Shown piece after piece: positions 28,986 through 44,193 of a stretch of DNA of 64,000 bases; positions within the stretch are counted from its first letter, which is position 1, and each line of letters opens with the position of its first letter. A program made the translations under genes and the position numbers. Source of the stretch: the human T2T-CHM13v2.0 reference genome, Homo sapiens. The notes beneath the pieces were generated by a model that was not told where the DNA came from, searched no databases, and saw nothing but the letters and a program-made list of their open reading frames with translations. Location of the stretch: NCBI RefSeq assembly GCF_009914755.1, contig NC_060928.1; one strand, 5' to 3'.

Positions 28986-31417
28986 ATGGATCCCTGATTT
29001 CTGGGTCTGGTCAGAGGGATTATGATACTGACATTTATTTTTATAGAGAATACAAAAGAAAGAAATGTTTTACAAGGAAGATGAGTTCAGCTTTGGGCTG
29101 AGTTTGAGGCATTTGTGGGACATTAATGGAGATGTCCAATAGGCAGGTGCATATACAGATCTGGAATCCAGAAGGGCAGTGAGAACTAGAGTTATAGATT
29201 AAGGAGTGGCCACCATGTAGGGAAGCGTTGAAGCCATGGAAGTGAGTGGTATTGCTAGTAATTAGAGAAGTGCAAATTAGAGTGCTAGAGTTAGAGAAGT
29301 GCAGAAGGAAGACCAAATAAAGCCCTGATGAAGTCACATTGAATGTGGCTATCATGGGGGTGTAGGTGAAGGAAGAGAAGACAGATTATTTCAGGAAAGG
29401 GAGTAAGGAGATTTCAGAAGAGGAAAACCTGGAAAGTGTGTAATCACAGAGACTGTATCAGTTATTTATCACTGTGTAACAAACCACCTCAAAACGTAGT
29501 GGCTTAAAACAGTAATAATTGAATATTCTCATGATTCTTTGGGTTGACTGGGTGGATTTCTGTTCTTGCCTGGGTTCTCCTATGCAGTCATCTGATGGCT
29601 TACTTATGGCAGGAGGGTCTAAGATAGCCCCACACAGGCGTCTGGGCCCTGGTGCTGGACCTCTCTCTCTTCTCATGGTCTGTCATTATTTACTAGCCTA
29701 GATGATGCTGCATTTACCAGCTGTGTGACCTTGGGGAAAGTTACTTAGCCTTTCTGGGCCTCAAGTTCCACATCTGCAAAGTGGTGAGAGTGATATCTAT
29801 GGAATCATAGGGTTGTTTGATGATGAAATAGAAGATAACATCTGCAAAGCCCTCAGACTTACATGACATATATTATGTGTGTCTGGCTGTATGTTGAAAA
29901 TCAAATAAGAGAAACGCGTAAGTACATGGTCTATGAAGCACAAACGAATATTAGACAAGATGAAATTTGGCAAGTCTATGTAAAAATGGCATCCTAATAG
30001 GGCATTCTTATATGGTGTGTGTGCATGTGCACGTGAGTGTGTGTGAGGGATGTACATGGTATTAAGGAAGGAGAATTTGATTTGATTTTCATCTAATCCT
30101 CTCTTGGTTTCCACTGTCGTGATCAAAAGCTGTGTCAAAATTGGTAGTGGATTCTTATATTGCTTTCTCTAGGAGGAAGTTTATTAATGTGGAGAAGAGT
30201 TTTAATCATCAATGCTTGGATGAACAGATTTTTCTCTTAAAGAAATGAGTATTTAAATTCTGCAGTCTTAAAACTTTATAGCATCTTTATTTTTAAAATT
30301 TTTTTGCAAGTCTTACAGCATCTTTAAAAAATCTGATAAACAAAATGATAGTTAAATAGATTTATTTATCATTTATTTATCTATTTAATTATTCCCAATA
30401 CTAAAGTTTTCTATTTTCCCAAGACAAACCGGAACAGTGCTTCTTTATTTCCTTCATCAACATTTTAAATTTAATTTAAAACATTTATTATAATTTTTAT
30501 GTATACAAAAGGTATATGTATGTGTGTATTATAAACAACAATAAAGATTAATAGACATCCATGTGTCTACCACTAAGCTTAAGAAAAAAATGAAGAATTA
30601 TATAATAAATTGTGATGTATTCTTTTAGTGATCTAAAAATGTGTTTTTAATTAAATGTTAATAGTAAAATTCAGAAGTGGTGAAAAGTCAGGTATATTTT
30701 TTATTTATAAGATATTTAAACAGAATAAAATGGAGATTTCTTTCTTCAGAATAAACACCTCATATTTATAGTTTTCCCAACACATGATAGAAAAGAATAT
30801 GTTTCTGTTCTCTTTCTTTGATGAATAATAACCCTGGTCCCAAGCCCTCAACATCAAAAAGACTCATGATTGCTCCCCAGATGTTCTTATTTCCATGATT
30901 CAATTTAAGAAACACAGATGGAACACCTGCTCAATGCCAGGTTTTATGCTAAGTGACAGGTTGGACAAAAGTGATTAAGATTCCCTCTGTGCAGGTGTGG
31001 GAGGATGGAGACATAGAAACAGATACCTGGCACGATGGCATAACTAGTGTGTGTAAAGTACTGTACAGGATGACCAATGAAGGTGCAGTCAGTGCTGCTG
31101 GGGATGAGAGACTTGGAAAGCTGCCAGGAGTCAGGGGCTATTTTGTAATCGTTGATTTATCTGAGTCACTCTCCAGACCTCCTTCCTCTTTGTTTTCTTA
31201 GCATGTGGTACAGAAGCTAGATAGGCGCACAGTAGGTGCTCAATAAATATATGTAGAATGAGCAAATAATTTGGACCAAAAAAGATCAGTAGGAGCCAGG
31301 AAGAGAAAACAGCATGTACAAAGAGATATTTATCATGTAGCTCACACATTTTTTGGCAATGTGGAATAGAGCTTTGCTTTTTATGCTTTAAACATTCTCC
31401 TCTCTGCTCTTTATTAG

Positions 31418-31479
31418 GATATCGACAGCACTGATCATGACAGATGGTGTGAATACATTATGTATCGAGGGCTGATCAG
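31418..31479 (+). CDS. CWH43: CWH43 coding exon (probably 14): DIDSTDHDRWCEYIMYRGLIR
   Basis: ctctttattag acceptor, AG/gtgagc donor, 62 bp. Confidence 0.95.
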
Positions 31480-32041
31480 GTGAGCACAGGGGTTTGATTT
31501 TGTTTTTAATCTATTATTAATGTGATCTTTTGGGTCTGTCTGAGAAGGAAAAAGAACTTTATGGAAGCAATTAATTTTTGTTGCTTTTTATAAAAAGCAA
31601 TCAATGTTTATAAACATTGATTTGACTATACAGTTTAACATCTTTTTCAAGGCATAGTCTCATAATTTACAAAAGTAGAAATAGCTAAGCAAATTAAGTT
31701 TAATTATATAAGAGGGTACTGTGTAGGCTATTAGGCATGGTGAATATGTAGCTGTCAACACATGGGAGGAATGGCACCATTTTTGAATGTATGGGTTAGT
31801 GGAAACATCACAGGCCATTGGATGAGAAAGTCCTGGGCTTGAGTTCCAGCCTTGCCAGCTTCTAATCAATAATCCTGGGTAAGTTAACTAATTTGATGGG
31901 GCCATTACTATACTGTAGTGAGCTCTATAGGTAAATTGTATTTAAAAAATATCATTCCACATAAAAATATTACCCGAGTATATCACATACATGCGTATGT
32001 GTGTGTATGATATACTTGGATAATACATATTTGGATACATA

Positions 32042-32803
32042 GAGTCATGTGCTGCTTAATGATATTTTTGTTCAATAACAGACCACATCTACAATGGTAG
32101 TTGATAAGATTATAATATCATACTTTTATTGTACCTTTTCTATGTTTAGATACACAAATACTTACCATGGTGTTACAGTTGTCTACAATATTCAGTACAG
32201 TTACATGCAGTACAGGTTTGTAGCCTAGGAGCAATAGGCCATACCATATAGCTTAGGTGTGTAGTAGGCTATACCATCCAGGCTTGTGTAAGTATGCACT
32301 ATGATGTCCACACAATGACAAAATCGCCTTATGACACATTTCTTTCTTTTTTTTAAATATATTTTTATTTTTTAAATCGACACATAATAATTGTACACAT
32401 TTATTGGGGGGGTACAATGTGGTATTCCAATACTTGTATGTATACTGATCAAATCATTATAATTTGCATATCAATTACCTTAAACATTTATCATTTCTTT
32501 GTTGTAAGAATATTCAAAATCCTCTTTTCTATTTGAAATATATAGTACATTGTTGTAACCTACTGTGAATAGAATATAAGAACTTATTCCTCCTAACTGT
32601 AACATTGTACCCATTGACTAACATCTCCCCATCTCTCCCTTCTCCCTGTTCTCCCCCATTGCTGGTAACCACTATTCTACTCTCAACTTCTTTTTTATTT
32701 GTTTATTTATTTATTTATTATTATTATACTGTAAGTTTTAGGGTACATGTGCACAATCTACATTTCTTAGAATGCATTCTTGTTGTTAAGTGACACATGA
32801 CTG
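32042..32803. mobile_element. Tigger3a/MER7A DNA transposon interrupted at 32343-32758 by an L1MA 3' fragment and an L1PA 3' stub
   Basis: TIR-like ends (GAGTCATGTGC / CACATGACTG), CAGGTTTGTAGCCTAGGAGCAATAGG core, ACATTTCTT repeated on both sides of the insert. Confidence 0.75.
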
Positions 32804-32940
32804 TATACATACATATGTGATCCAAAATAATACAGCTGAGATTTTAAAATTCAAATATGTAGCTGTATAAATCAGTTTTGAAGGCAGTATTTGTATCAAT
32901 AAAGCAAGGAACAGTTTAATGCCAAAAAAGAGGGACTAAC

Positions 32941-34420
32941 CATTCATTCATTCATTCATTCATTCATTCATTTATCCAATAAGTGTTTACTAAATCCTCT
33001 TTATGTACTGGGTGTTGTTCTCGGGAGTGGGAATATAATAGGAAAAAAACAAAATCCTTGACTGTGGTAGAACTTACATCGCAGTGGAAGGAAACATAAA
33101 ATAAGCAGATAAGAAATGACAAGCTATGACAGGTGGAGATATGCATGATGAAAGAAAAATAATAAATCCAGGTGAGAAGGCAGGGTGTGTGGGGGTGGCT
33201 GTGGTAGGTTATAAAAAGTGGGTGAGGAATGATGGAGTGAAATCTTGGCAGCACCTCAAGTGGAAGGAGGGACCCCACCTGTGCATACCCTGAGGAAGAG
33301 CACTTCAGGCAGGGGAGGCGGGGAAAGTTTGAGAGGAGGATGCTGGATGTTGCGGGGTAAGAGCAAGGAGGCCAGTGTCGCTGGAGTAGAGTGAGAGAAG
33401 TGATGTGAGTATGGCAGGTGGTGGTAGATGATGTACACAGTGAGTTGATTCACAGGTTCCTCTACATACAAAGTTCTTCCACAGAGGGAACATGCTGGAG
33501 ACCTTCCCTGAAACACTCAAGGGTTCTCCTGTTAGGACAGAATCTGTCTGGAGGTATTTGACCTGAGCCCTCTAACTGCCATCTTGGGGACAATGTGGGG
33601 AGCCCTGGTGTGGGCTCCTAGGACTGACTTCCCTGAGCCTTAGTCTTTTCTCCATATAGAGCAGTTCATCACCAAAAGGCATCTTGGCATTGCCTGCCTG
33701 AAGATAGGGGCCGACGTTAATGGATCTCTTTAAGTAACCTTATCTTCTAAGATCTGTGGCCTACATTTATGAGAGAAAATGGTTGCTTTCTGGGATGATA
33801 TAGAATCATGGATTCAACTCCTCTCCCAGTGGGGATATGGCTTGTTTGGTTATGAATTATAGTCCAGTGAAAGCAAATTGTTAGTTTCTCTTGCTCTAGA
33901 CTCCATTTGCCATTCAACAAGTATCGATCTAGCAGAATGGATGCCAGGCAATAGGGATAAAGCTGTAAACAAAACAGAGAAGGATCTCTATGCTGGTGGA
34001 GGGAGGATGGACAAAAATCATGATAAATAATTGCAGGATGATCTATTTTAGAAGATGATGAGAGTGGTGGGAAAAACTAAGCAGGGGAAGGAGCTTCCAG
34101 AATATGGAGGTGGGGTGCAATTGTAAGTAGGGAGCTGGGTAGGTCTTACTAAGAAGATGACATTTCAGCCAAGATTGGAAGGAGGGAGCCATTTGGCCAC
34201 CTGGCAGAAGATACCTCCTGGTAGAGGGCTGAGCTAGTGCAAAAGCCCCAGTGCAGGAGTGCTGCATATGTTTGAGGAAAAGTGAGGTTAGTGGGGCTGG
34301 AGAGGGTTGGGGTGGAGTGGGGTGAGGGGCGGCCGAGGAGGGAAGGAGAGAGTGTGTGGGCAGGCAGGGAAGAGAACAGATCTTGTAAGGATCTAGGGAT
34401 CCTTAGCAAGCACTTTGGAC
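32941..34420 (+). mobile_element. L2 fragments (about 32941-33450 beginning with (CATT)n, and 33910-34420)
   Basis: (CATT)n end and L2 body motifs. Confidence 0.55.
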
Positions 34421-34910
34421 ATTATTAAGTAAAATAGTGACCTTACTCGTTCTTGGACAACTCCATGGAGCCATATGCTTACTGAGGTGGGCCAAGGAGG
34501 CCCTTGAGATGCTAAGATTGTTTTGGTTTACACCACTAACTCAGAAACTCTAAAAGGAGCATCACATGCCCAAATAGCTGTGGAACAGATAGCTTGACTA
34601 TAATTTGGTGTTTCCAAAGTGTTACGGTAGGAGAGAAGGTGCTGAAGGGTGAGTTTTGTTAAGTATTTTATATCTAAGATTGAAAACACTGTTTCTGTTT
34701 AAATATTTGTTAAAGCAATTGTTTAAATGAGATATCGGAAATTCTAGAAAACGACTTTTCATATAGGCTGAAATAGGTTTAATTTCAAGTTTTAAAAAAT
34801 GTTGGGAACCAAGGAACAGTGGTATTTATAGTAACTGGTACCCATAATAGCTCATTGTTGGGCTCTGAAACCTTTATTACCTCTCCTTAGGAGAATGGGA
34901 TGGCAGAGTT

Positions 34911-35065
34911 TATATATATATACACACTCTGTGTGTGTATATATATATACACTCTGTGTGTATCACTCTGTGTGTATATATATATACACTCTGTATATAT
35001 ATACACACACATACATGTACATATAAAGTATATATATAAAATATGATATCATATATATATTTATT
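34911..35065. repeat. Compound TA/TG repeat with a recurring CACTCTG(TG)n unit
   Basis: Directly visible. Confidence 0.9.
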
Positions 35066-35084
35066 TATGTATGAATTTAATACT

Positions 35085-35455
35085 CTGTGACATAACAAAA
35101 TACCATAGACTTGGTGGTCTAAACAACAGAAATTAATTTTCTTGCAGTTCTGTAGATTCTAAGACCAAGATTAAGGTACCAGCAGGGTTGGTGTCTGGTT
35201 AGGACTGTCCCCTTGGGTTGCCGATAACTGCCTTCTTGCCATGTGCCCACATGGCCTTTCCTTGGGTTGTGCCTGCAGAGAGAGAGTGAGCTCTCTGGTG
35301 TCTCTTCTTATAAAGCCATTAATCCTTTAGGATCAGGCCCCCCCTGCACTTATGACCTCATTTAACCTTAATTATTTCCTTAGAAGATATGTCTCCAAAT
35401 ATGGCCACACTGGGGGTTAGAGCTTCAACAAATGAATTTTGGGGGGAACACAAAA
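35085..35455 (-). mobile_element. MLT1A-like MaLR LTR
   Basis: CATAACAAAATACCATAGACT...ATGAATTTTGGGGGGAACACA. Confidence 0.75.
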
Positions 35456-35959
35456 TAGGAAGGTAATTTTAAAAATTCCCACATTAATGAAGTTAGGAAC
35501 TAGGGTTTTTCAGTTTCTGTCCACAAAACTAATTTTGTAAGCCTTCATCTCAATCACCAAATTCAATGCCCTACATGTAGTAGGTATTAGGTGCTTAATA
35601 AATACTTATTGGACAACAATGGGAGATCCTCTGTTTTAATGGAAGATTTGGATTGTCAGATTCTTCAGTTTCAAGGCTTTTGGTGTATTTTTGAAGGCAG
35701 TGTCTGTTAAATGGGTCAGAACTTTGATCTTAGAGATTTGGGAATAAATAACCTAGATTTGCTAAAGACAGTGACCTAGAATTACACAGAAGTGCACAGA
35801 TTTAGGACTTGAGCCCAGACAATGCATTAAGCTGTCTGACAGCTCAGAGTCACATCTGATGTTCAGTCACAGCTCTACTTACCTTTCCCAATGGGCAGAC
35901 TTGCTGCTTCTGCTGGTCCTGCTCTGGGTTTCTGTTTCTATTTTGCATGGAGTTACAGG

Positions 35960-36702
35960 CATAGGCTTTGTTTTAAGTTTTTCTCTTCTCCTGCCACTCA
36001 GGTCCAAGCCCCCATCATCTTTTACCTAAGTTATTGCAGTGGCCTCATAACTTGTCTCCCTGCTTTGACCCTTTCCCTGAAGGTGATTCTCTACCTGGTA
36101 GCTGTCACAGACCTCTGCTTCAAACCCCTCTGATGGATTCTTATCTCACTCTAAAAAAAAAAACAGCAACAACAACAACAACAGCAACAACAACAACAAA
36201 CTGAGGTCTTCATAGTGGCCTGTGAGGAAGGCTTTGCATGTTCCCTCTTATGCACTTCACTCCGGTCATGGTGGAGTTGGCCCGCAAAACACCAAGCATA
36301 TTTCCACCTCAGGACCTTTGCATTTGTGGTTCCCCTTCCCTAAACACCATTCCTCCAGTATCTGTATGGCTTGATCCCTCCCTTCGTTGAATTTTTTGCT
36401 ATAGTGTCACTTTATTGCAGAGGTATGCCCTGACCATCCACCATAATATAGCAACCTCTCCTACTCATCACTGCCTGTCCTTCTTACACTGCATTCACCC
36501 CAGTGCTTACTTATCTATCACTACCTGACTTATTGTAAACATACATATGTGTTTAATGCATCCTTCCCTACTAGAATGAAAGTTCCATGAGGGCAAGGAC
36601 TTCATTTTATTCACGACTTATTCCCCAACACCCAGAACAGTGCCTGCATGTAGTAGGCACTCCATATATATACATATGTGCTTCATTGAATAAATGAATG
36701 AC
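35960..36702 (-). mobile_element. L2 3' portion with internal (CAA)n
   Basis: AGTTCCATGAGGGCAAGGAC...AGAACAGTGCCTG...TGAATAAATGAATGA. Confidence 0.7.
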
Positions 36703-37224
36703 TGAAGCTGACCTAAGTCTTTTTTTCTGGAAGAGCACAATGTAATAAAATAAAATGAATTCTTTGTTGTTCATGGTTCCCCGTGTTTTCCACGAGCTTC
36801 TCAAATAAGAACTCTTTGCATAATGTCTACAAAGTGCATTGAATTTCCCCAGGAATTGAAAGCTCTAAGCCAAAACGGGATATGGAATTTTTTCAGATAT
36901 ATAAAATCTTTGATTTCAGACTTGAAAGTAGGCTGAAAATATGCATGTGGCATTTGGATTTTTAAAGGTAAGAAAGAAGGTGAACACCCCTGTCATTCTG
37001 AAGAGTTCCTGTTATTAACTCAAAACATGATTGTGTGGGAGGCAATTTGTATGGCTAGAATATTCATTAGTATAAAAAAAGTAAAGTAAGGTTGCTAAGA
37101 ATAGTTACTTAATTAAATCTATGTACATATTCTTTATTCATTTATATCATAAAAGCAATATTTTGCCAATATTTAGATTAACAATTTAAGTTAATTCCAG
37201 TTGTGATATACAGAGTAGAGTTAG

Positions 37225-37482
<258 letters not shown>

Positions 37483-37705
37483 TGAGTTCCTTTATGCTGT
37501 AGTTCCAGTTATGAGCTACTGCATCCCTCTATGGAACCTACATATTACCTCAAAATGAGCTAGAAATTATATTTTGTCCTAGAGGTTTATTCCAGGTAAG
37601 GGAGACTGTGACAAAGATGATAAAATCTGGTTTGGGTTGAAGTTACGGTGCTTGCTTTCTGGAATCAAGAAATATGTTGTAACCTCAGGTTAAAAAAGTT
37701 CACAG

Positions 37706-38508
<803 letters not shown>

Positions 38509-40331
38509 TTGTTTTGTTTTTAAAAGAGAAATCTATTTGCAGCAAAACATATGAGTTGGAGTATGTGCTCTTTTCTCTCCCATGACTGGATAATGAGAGG
38601 AAACTTCTACATAAAGCCAAAGACAGAACATATCGTATACATTATTATTATTTGACATTTCTACCGCTTTTACCAGCTAATAAACATTTCTCATTTTTTT
38701 GGGGGAAAAAAGAAATTTCTCCATTCTCTTTTTCTTCTTTGTCCCTCCTTACAACAAGAAAAAATTGTACCAAAGTGTAGGTGATGAATATGAGGAGAGT
38801 TATCACCAAGTCTAGATTTGTTCCAATTCCTGTATTGATCTTGCCCTGTGTAAGTGTAATGTGACTAGGAAACCGCGGGCCTTAGGGTCATCTGTCTGGT
38901 TCAAATCCTCACTCTTGCCAGTGAACAGCTTGGTAACTGTGGGCCAGTTGCTTAACCTCTCTGAGCCTCAAGTGCCTCATCTAAAAATGGGAAAAATAGT
39001 AGTGGCTACTTCCTAAGGCTATGTGAGGTATGAATGGCACAAAAAGTTTTTAGAATAGTGCATAGTGAGTGCTTATTGTTTAACAGTAGCTGCAATAGCA
39101 ACATTAGTATTTGCAGTAGTAATGGTAGAAGTAAAATAGAAGGATTCCCTCCTTTTGCTGATTGAGATGGTTTCTTAAATGGAAGCTAAAAAATCAGAGA
39201 AGAAAAGGATTTTCTTGTGTCGTTATTCTTCACATAGCAGGAGTGCGGAGAAATCCAAATAAAATATTTTTGGCTAACCACAACTGCAGATTGATCCAAA
39301 CCAACTGTGAAGGGAGCTAGATTTGCTTTCCCACTCAGTTTAATTACGAAAATAGTAAAGGCATAAATAGAAGGCATGCCTTAATTTTAAAACTGTGATG
39401 AGAATATTTAAGCAATTTTCAAATATACAAGTAATATTAATCACACCTTAGCAATTTTCACATATACAATACATTATTATTAACTATAGTCACAATGCTT
39501 TACAATAGATCTCCAGAAATTTTTCATCCTGTCTAATTGAAACTTTGTATCATTTCACCAACATCTTCTCAACCCTCATCTCCCCCAGCCCCTGCCAACC
39601 ACCATTCTACTCTTTGCTTCCATGAGTTCAATTTTTTCAGATTCTACATATAAATGAGATAATGAAGTATTTACCTTTCTGTGCCTGGATTACTTCACTT
39701 AGCATGATGTCCTCTAGGTTCATCCATGTTGTTGCAAATGACAAGATTTCCTCTTTTCAGGCTGAATACTATTCCATACATATGTATGTTTGTGTATAGC
39801 TGCATTTTCTTTATCCATTCATCTGTCAATGGGCACTTAGGTTAATTATATTTCTTGGCTATAGTGAAAAATGCTGCAGTGAATGTAGGAGTACAGATAT
39901 TTCTTCAACATTAATTTCTTTCCTTTGGATGTATACCAAGAAGTGGGATTGCTGGATCATATGGTAGTTCTATTTTTAATTTTTAAAGGAACTTTGGTAA
40001 TGTTTTCCATAATATGGCTATACTAATTTACATTCCCACAACAGTGAACAAGGGTTCCTTTTGCTGTACATCTCCTGCCAGCATTTGCTGTCTTTTGCCT
40101 TTTTGGTACTAGCCATTTTAACAGGTGTGAGGTAATGTCTCATTGCGCTTTTAATTTGTATTTCTTTGATTAGTGATGAGCATTTCTTCACATACTAGCT
40201 GGCCACTTGGATGTCTTCTTTTGAGAAATATTTTTCATGTCCTTTGCTCATTTAAAAAAATCAGTTTGCTTTCTTGCTATTAAGTTTTTTGAGTTCCCTA
40301 TATGTTTTGGATATTAGCCGTTTATCATATA

Positions 40332-40559
40332 TAGGTTGAACATCTCAAGTAAAAAAATCCAAAATCTGAAATGCTCCAAAATTCAAAACTTTTTGAGCAC
40401 TGACACAGTGCTCTAAGGAAATGCTTGGGGCATTTCAGATTTTGTACTTTTGGATTTGGGATGCTCAAACAGTAAGTATAATGCAAATATTCCAAAAATG
40501 AATCCAAAATCTGAAATACTTCTGGTCCCAGTGATTTTGGATAAAGAATACTCAACCTA
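40332..40559. mobile_element. Tigger4/MER46 non-autonomous DNA transposon
   Basis: TIRs AGGTTGAACATC / ATACTCAACCT flanked by TA; AAATCCAAAATCTGAAATGCTCCAAAA motif. Confidence 0.8.
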
Positions 40560-42221
40560 TATAGTTTGTAAATATATTCTCTCATCCCATAGGTTGTCTC
40601 TTCAGTCTGTTGATTGTTTTCTTTGCTATATAGAAGCTTGTTAGTTCGATAGAATCCCATTTGTCTATTTTTGCTATTGTTTCCTGTGCTTTAGGGATCA
40701 TATTTAAAAAATCATTGCCCAGACCAATGTTGAAGGTTTTTCTTGATGTTTTCTTCTAGTAGTTTCACAGTTTCAAGCCCAAAAATCTTTAATCTATTTT
40801 GAGTTGATTTTTGTATATGGTATGAGGTAAGAGTCCAATTTCAGTCTTCTGCATGTGGATACCCAGTTCCCCCAACATTGCTTATTGAAAAGGTTGTCCT
40901 TTCCCCATTGTGTGTTTGGGGTACCTTTGTCAAAGATCAATTGACTGTAAATGTGTGGATTTATTTCTAGGCTCTCTATTCTGTTCTATTGATCTATATA
41001 TCTGTTTTTATGCCAGTACCATACTGTTTTAATTACTACAGGTTTGTAGTGTATTTTGGAATCTGGTAGCGTGATGCCTCCAGCTTTGTTCTTTTTGCTC
41101 GTGATTGCTTAGGCTGCTTGAGGTGTTTTGTGGTCTTATACAAATTTTAGGGTTGATTTTTCTATTCCTGTGAAAAATGTCATTGGAATTTTGATAAGGA
41201 TTACATTGAATCTGCAGATTGCTTTTGGTAGTATGAATATTTTAACAATATTGATTATTCCAATTCATGAACACCAGATGTGTTTCCATTAATTTGTGGT
41301 CTTCAATTTCTTTCATCATTATTTTGTGGTTTTCAGTGTACAGGTGTTTCACCTCCTTGGTTAAATTTATTCCTAAGTATTTTTTGATGCTATTGTAAAT
41401 GGGATTGTTTTCTTGATTTCTTTTTCAGATAGTTCATTGGTAGTACATAGAAATGCTACTGATTTTTGTATGCCGCTTTTGTATCCTGCAAATTTACTGA
41501 ATTTATTAATTCTAACAGTTTTTCAGTTTTTTTCAGTGGAGTTTTTAGGGATATATATATATATATAATCATGTCACCTGCAAATAGGGACAATTTAACT
41601 TTTTCCTTTCCAATTTAGATGTATTTTATTCCTTTTACTTGCTTAATTGCTCTAGCTAGGACTTTCAGTACTGTGTTGAATAGAAGTGCTGAGAGTGGGC
41701 ATCCTTCTCTTGATCCTGATCCCAGAGAAAAAGCTTTCAACTTTTAATCACTGAGTATGATGTTAGCTGTGGGTTGTCATATATGGCCTTTGTTATGATG
41801 AGGTCTATTTCTGCTATGCCTAATTTGTTGAGAGTTTTTATCATGAAAAGATGTTGAATTTTTCAGATGCTTTTTCTGCATCTATTGAGATGATCATATG
41901 ATTTTTGTCTTTTACCCTGTTAATACATTGTATCATATTTATTGATTTGCATATATTTAACTATCCTTGCATCCCAAGGAAAAATCCCCCTTGATCAGGG
42001 TGTATGATCCTTTTAAGGTACTGTTGAATTCAGTTTGCAGGTATTTTGTTAAGGATTTTCTACATGTGTGTTCATTAGGGATATTGGCTTATCATTTTCT
42101 TGTAGCATCCTTGTCTGGCTTTGGTATCAGGCTAATAATGGCCTCATAAACTGAATTTGCAGGTGTTCCCTCCTCTTCAATTATGAAAGAGTTTGAGAAG
42201 GATGGGCATTAATTTTTCTTT

Positions 42222-42528
<307 letters not shown>

Positions 42529-42540
42529 TAATTTTTCTTT

Positions 42541-42881
42541 TTTTCTTTTTTTTTTTTTTATTATACTCTAAGTTTTAGGGTACATGTGCACATTGTGCAG
42601 GTTAGTTACATATGTATACATGTGCCATGCTGGTGCGCTGCACCCACTAATGTGTCATCTAGCATTAGGTATATCTCCCAATGCTATCCCTCCCCCCTCC
42701 CCCGACCCCACCACAGTCCCCAGAGTGTGATATTCCCCTTCCTGTGTCCATGTGATCTCATTGTTCAATTCCCACCTATGAGTGAGAATATGCGGTGTTT
42801 GGTTTTTTGTTCTTGCGATAGTTTACTGAGAATGATGGTTTCCAATTTCATCCATGTCCCTACAAAGGATATGAACTCATC
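42541..42881 (-). mobile_element. 5'-truncated L1HS-Ta (about 340 bp)
   Basis: Reverse complement reads CTAGATGAC-ACA-TTAGTGGG (Ta ACA) and AAAACTTA-G-AGTATAA (Ta G); TSD ATTTTTCTTT at 42531-42540 and 42882-42891. Confidence 0.92.
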
Positions 42882-43728
42882 ATTTTTCTTTAGATGTTTT
42901 GTAGAATTCACCAGTGAGGCAATTGGGTCTGGGCTTTTTGCTTCTGAGGAGGATTTTGATTACCAGTTCAATTTTCTTATGCATTATTGAACTGTTCAGA
43001 TTTTGAATTTCTTCATGAGTCAGTCTTGGTAGATTGTTACTATGAACTGGTCCATTTCTTTCTTTTAGGCTATCCAATTTTTTGGCATATTATTGCTCAT
43101 AGTAGTCACTTATGATTATTTGTGTTTCTGTGGTATCAGTTGTAACATCTCCACACTGATTTATAATTTTATTAATTTGATTTTCTCTTTTTTTCTTAGT
43201 AAGTCTAGCTAACACTTTATCCATTTTATCTTTTCAAAAAACCAACTCTTAGTTTCATATTTTTTTTTATTTTTCTATCATCTATTTCATTATTTTTTTC
43301 TCTAATATTTATTATTTACTTCCTTTTGTTGACTTCAGGCTTTGTTCTTTTTCTACTCCCACAGGTATAAAGTTAGGTTGTTTGATGTCTTTATTTTTTC
43401 TTAAGGTAGGTGTTTATTGCTACAAAATTCCCTTTTAAAACCGTGTTTGCTACATCCTGTAAGTTTTGGTACATTGTGTTTCCATTTTTATTTGTCTCAA
43501 CATAATTTAAATCTTTCCTTTTGATTTCTTCTTTGATCCATTGTCTGTTTAGGAAAGTTTTGTTTAATTTCTACATATTTGTGAATTTTCCAATTTTCCT
43601 CTTATTAATTTATAATTTAACTATTGTTGTTGGAAAGGCTACTCAAAATGATTTCAGTATTCTTGAATTTGTTAAGGCTTGTTTTGTGGCCTAACATAAG
43701 ATTTGTCCTGGAGAATGTTCCATGAACA

Positions 43729-44193
43729 TGTGAACCCCCAAAATCTGAGACAGTTCTCAGTCAATTTAGGAAGTTTATTTTGCCAAAGTTAAGGATGCAC
43801 ACCTGTGACACAGCCTCAGGAGGTCCTGACGACATGTGCCTAAGGTGGTCAGAGTACAGCTTGGTTTTATATATTTTAGGGAGACATGAGACATCAATCA
43901 ACATACATAAGATGAACATTGGTTCAGTCCGGGAAGGCAGGACAACTGGAAGCAAAGGCAGGACATCTCGAAGCAGAAAGGAGGCTTTCAGTTCATATGT
44001 AAGAGACAAATGGTTGCATTCTTTTGAGTTTCTGATTAGCCTCTCTGAAAGAGGCAGTAAATATGCATTTATCTCAGTGAGCAGAGGGATGACTTCAAAT
44101 AGAATGGGAGGCAGGTTTGCCCTAAGCGGTTCCCAGCTTGACTTTTCCCTCTAGCTTAGTGATTTTGGGGTCCCAAGATTTATTTTCCTTTCA
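43729..44193 (-). mobile_element. MER4A-type ERV1 solo LTR
   Basis: Reverse complement begins TGAAAGGAAAATAAATCTTGGGACCCCAAAATCACTAAGCTA; contains ACAGCCTCAGGAGGTCCTGACGACATGTG. Confidence 0.85.
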
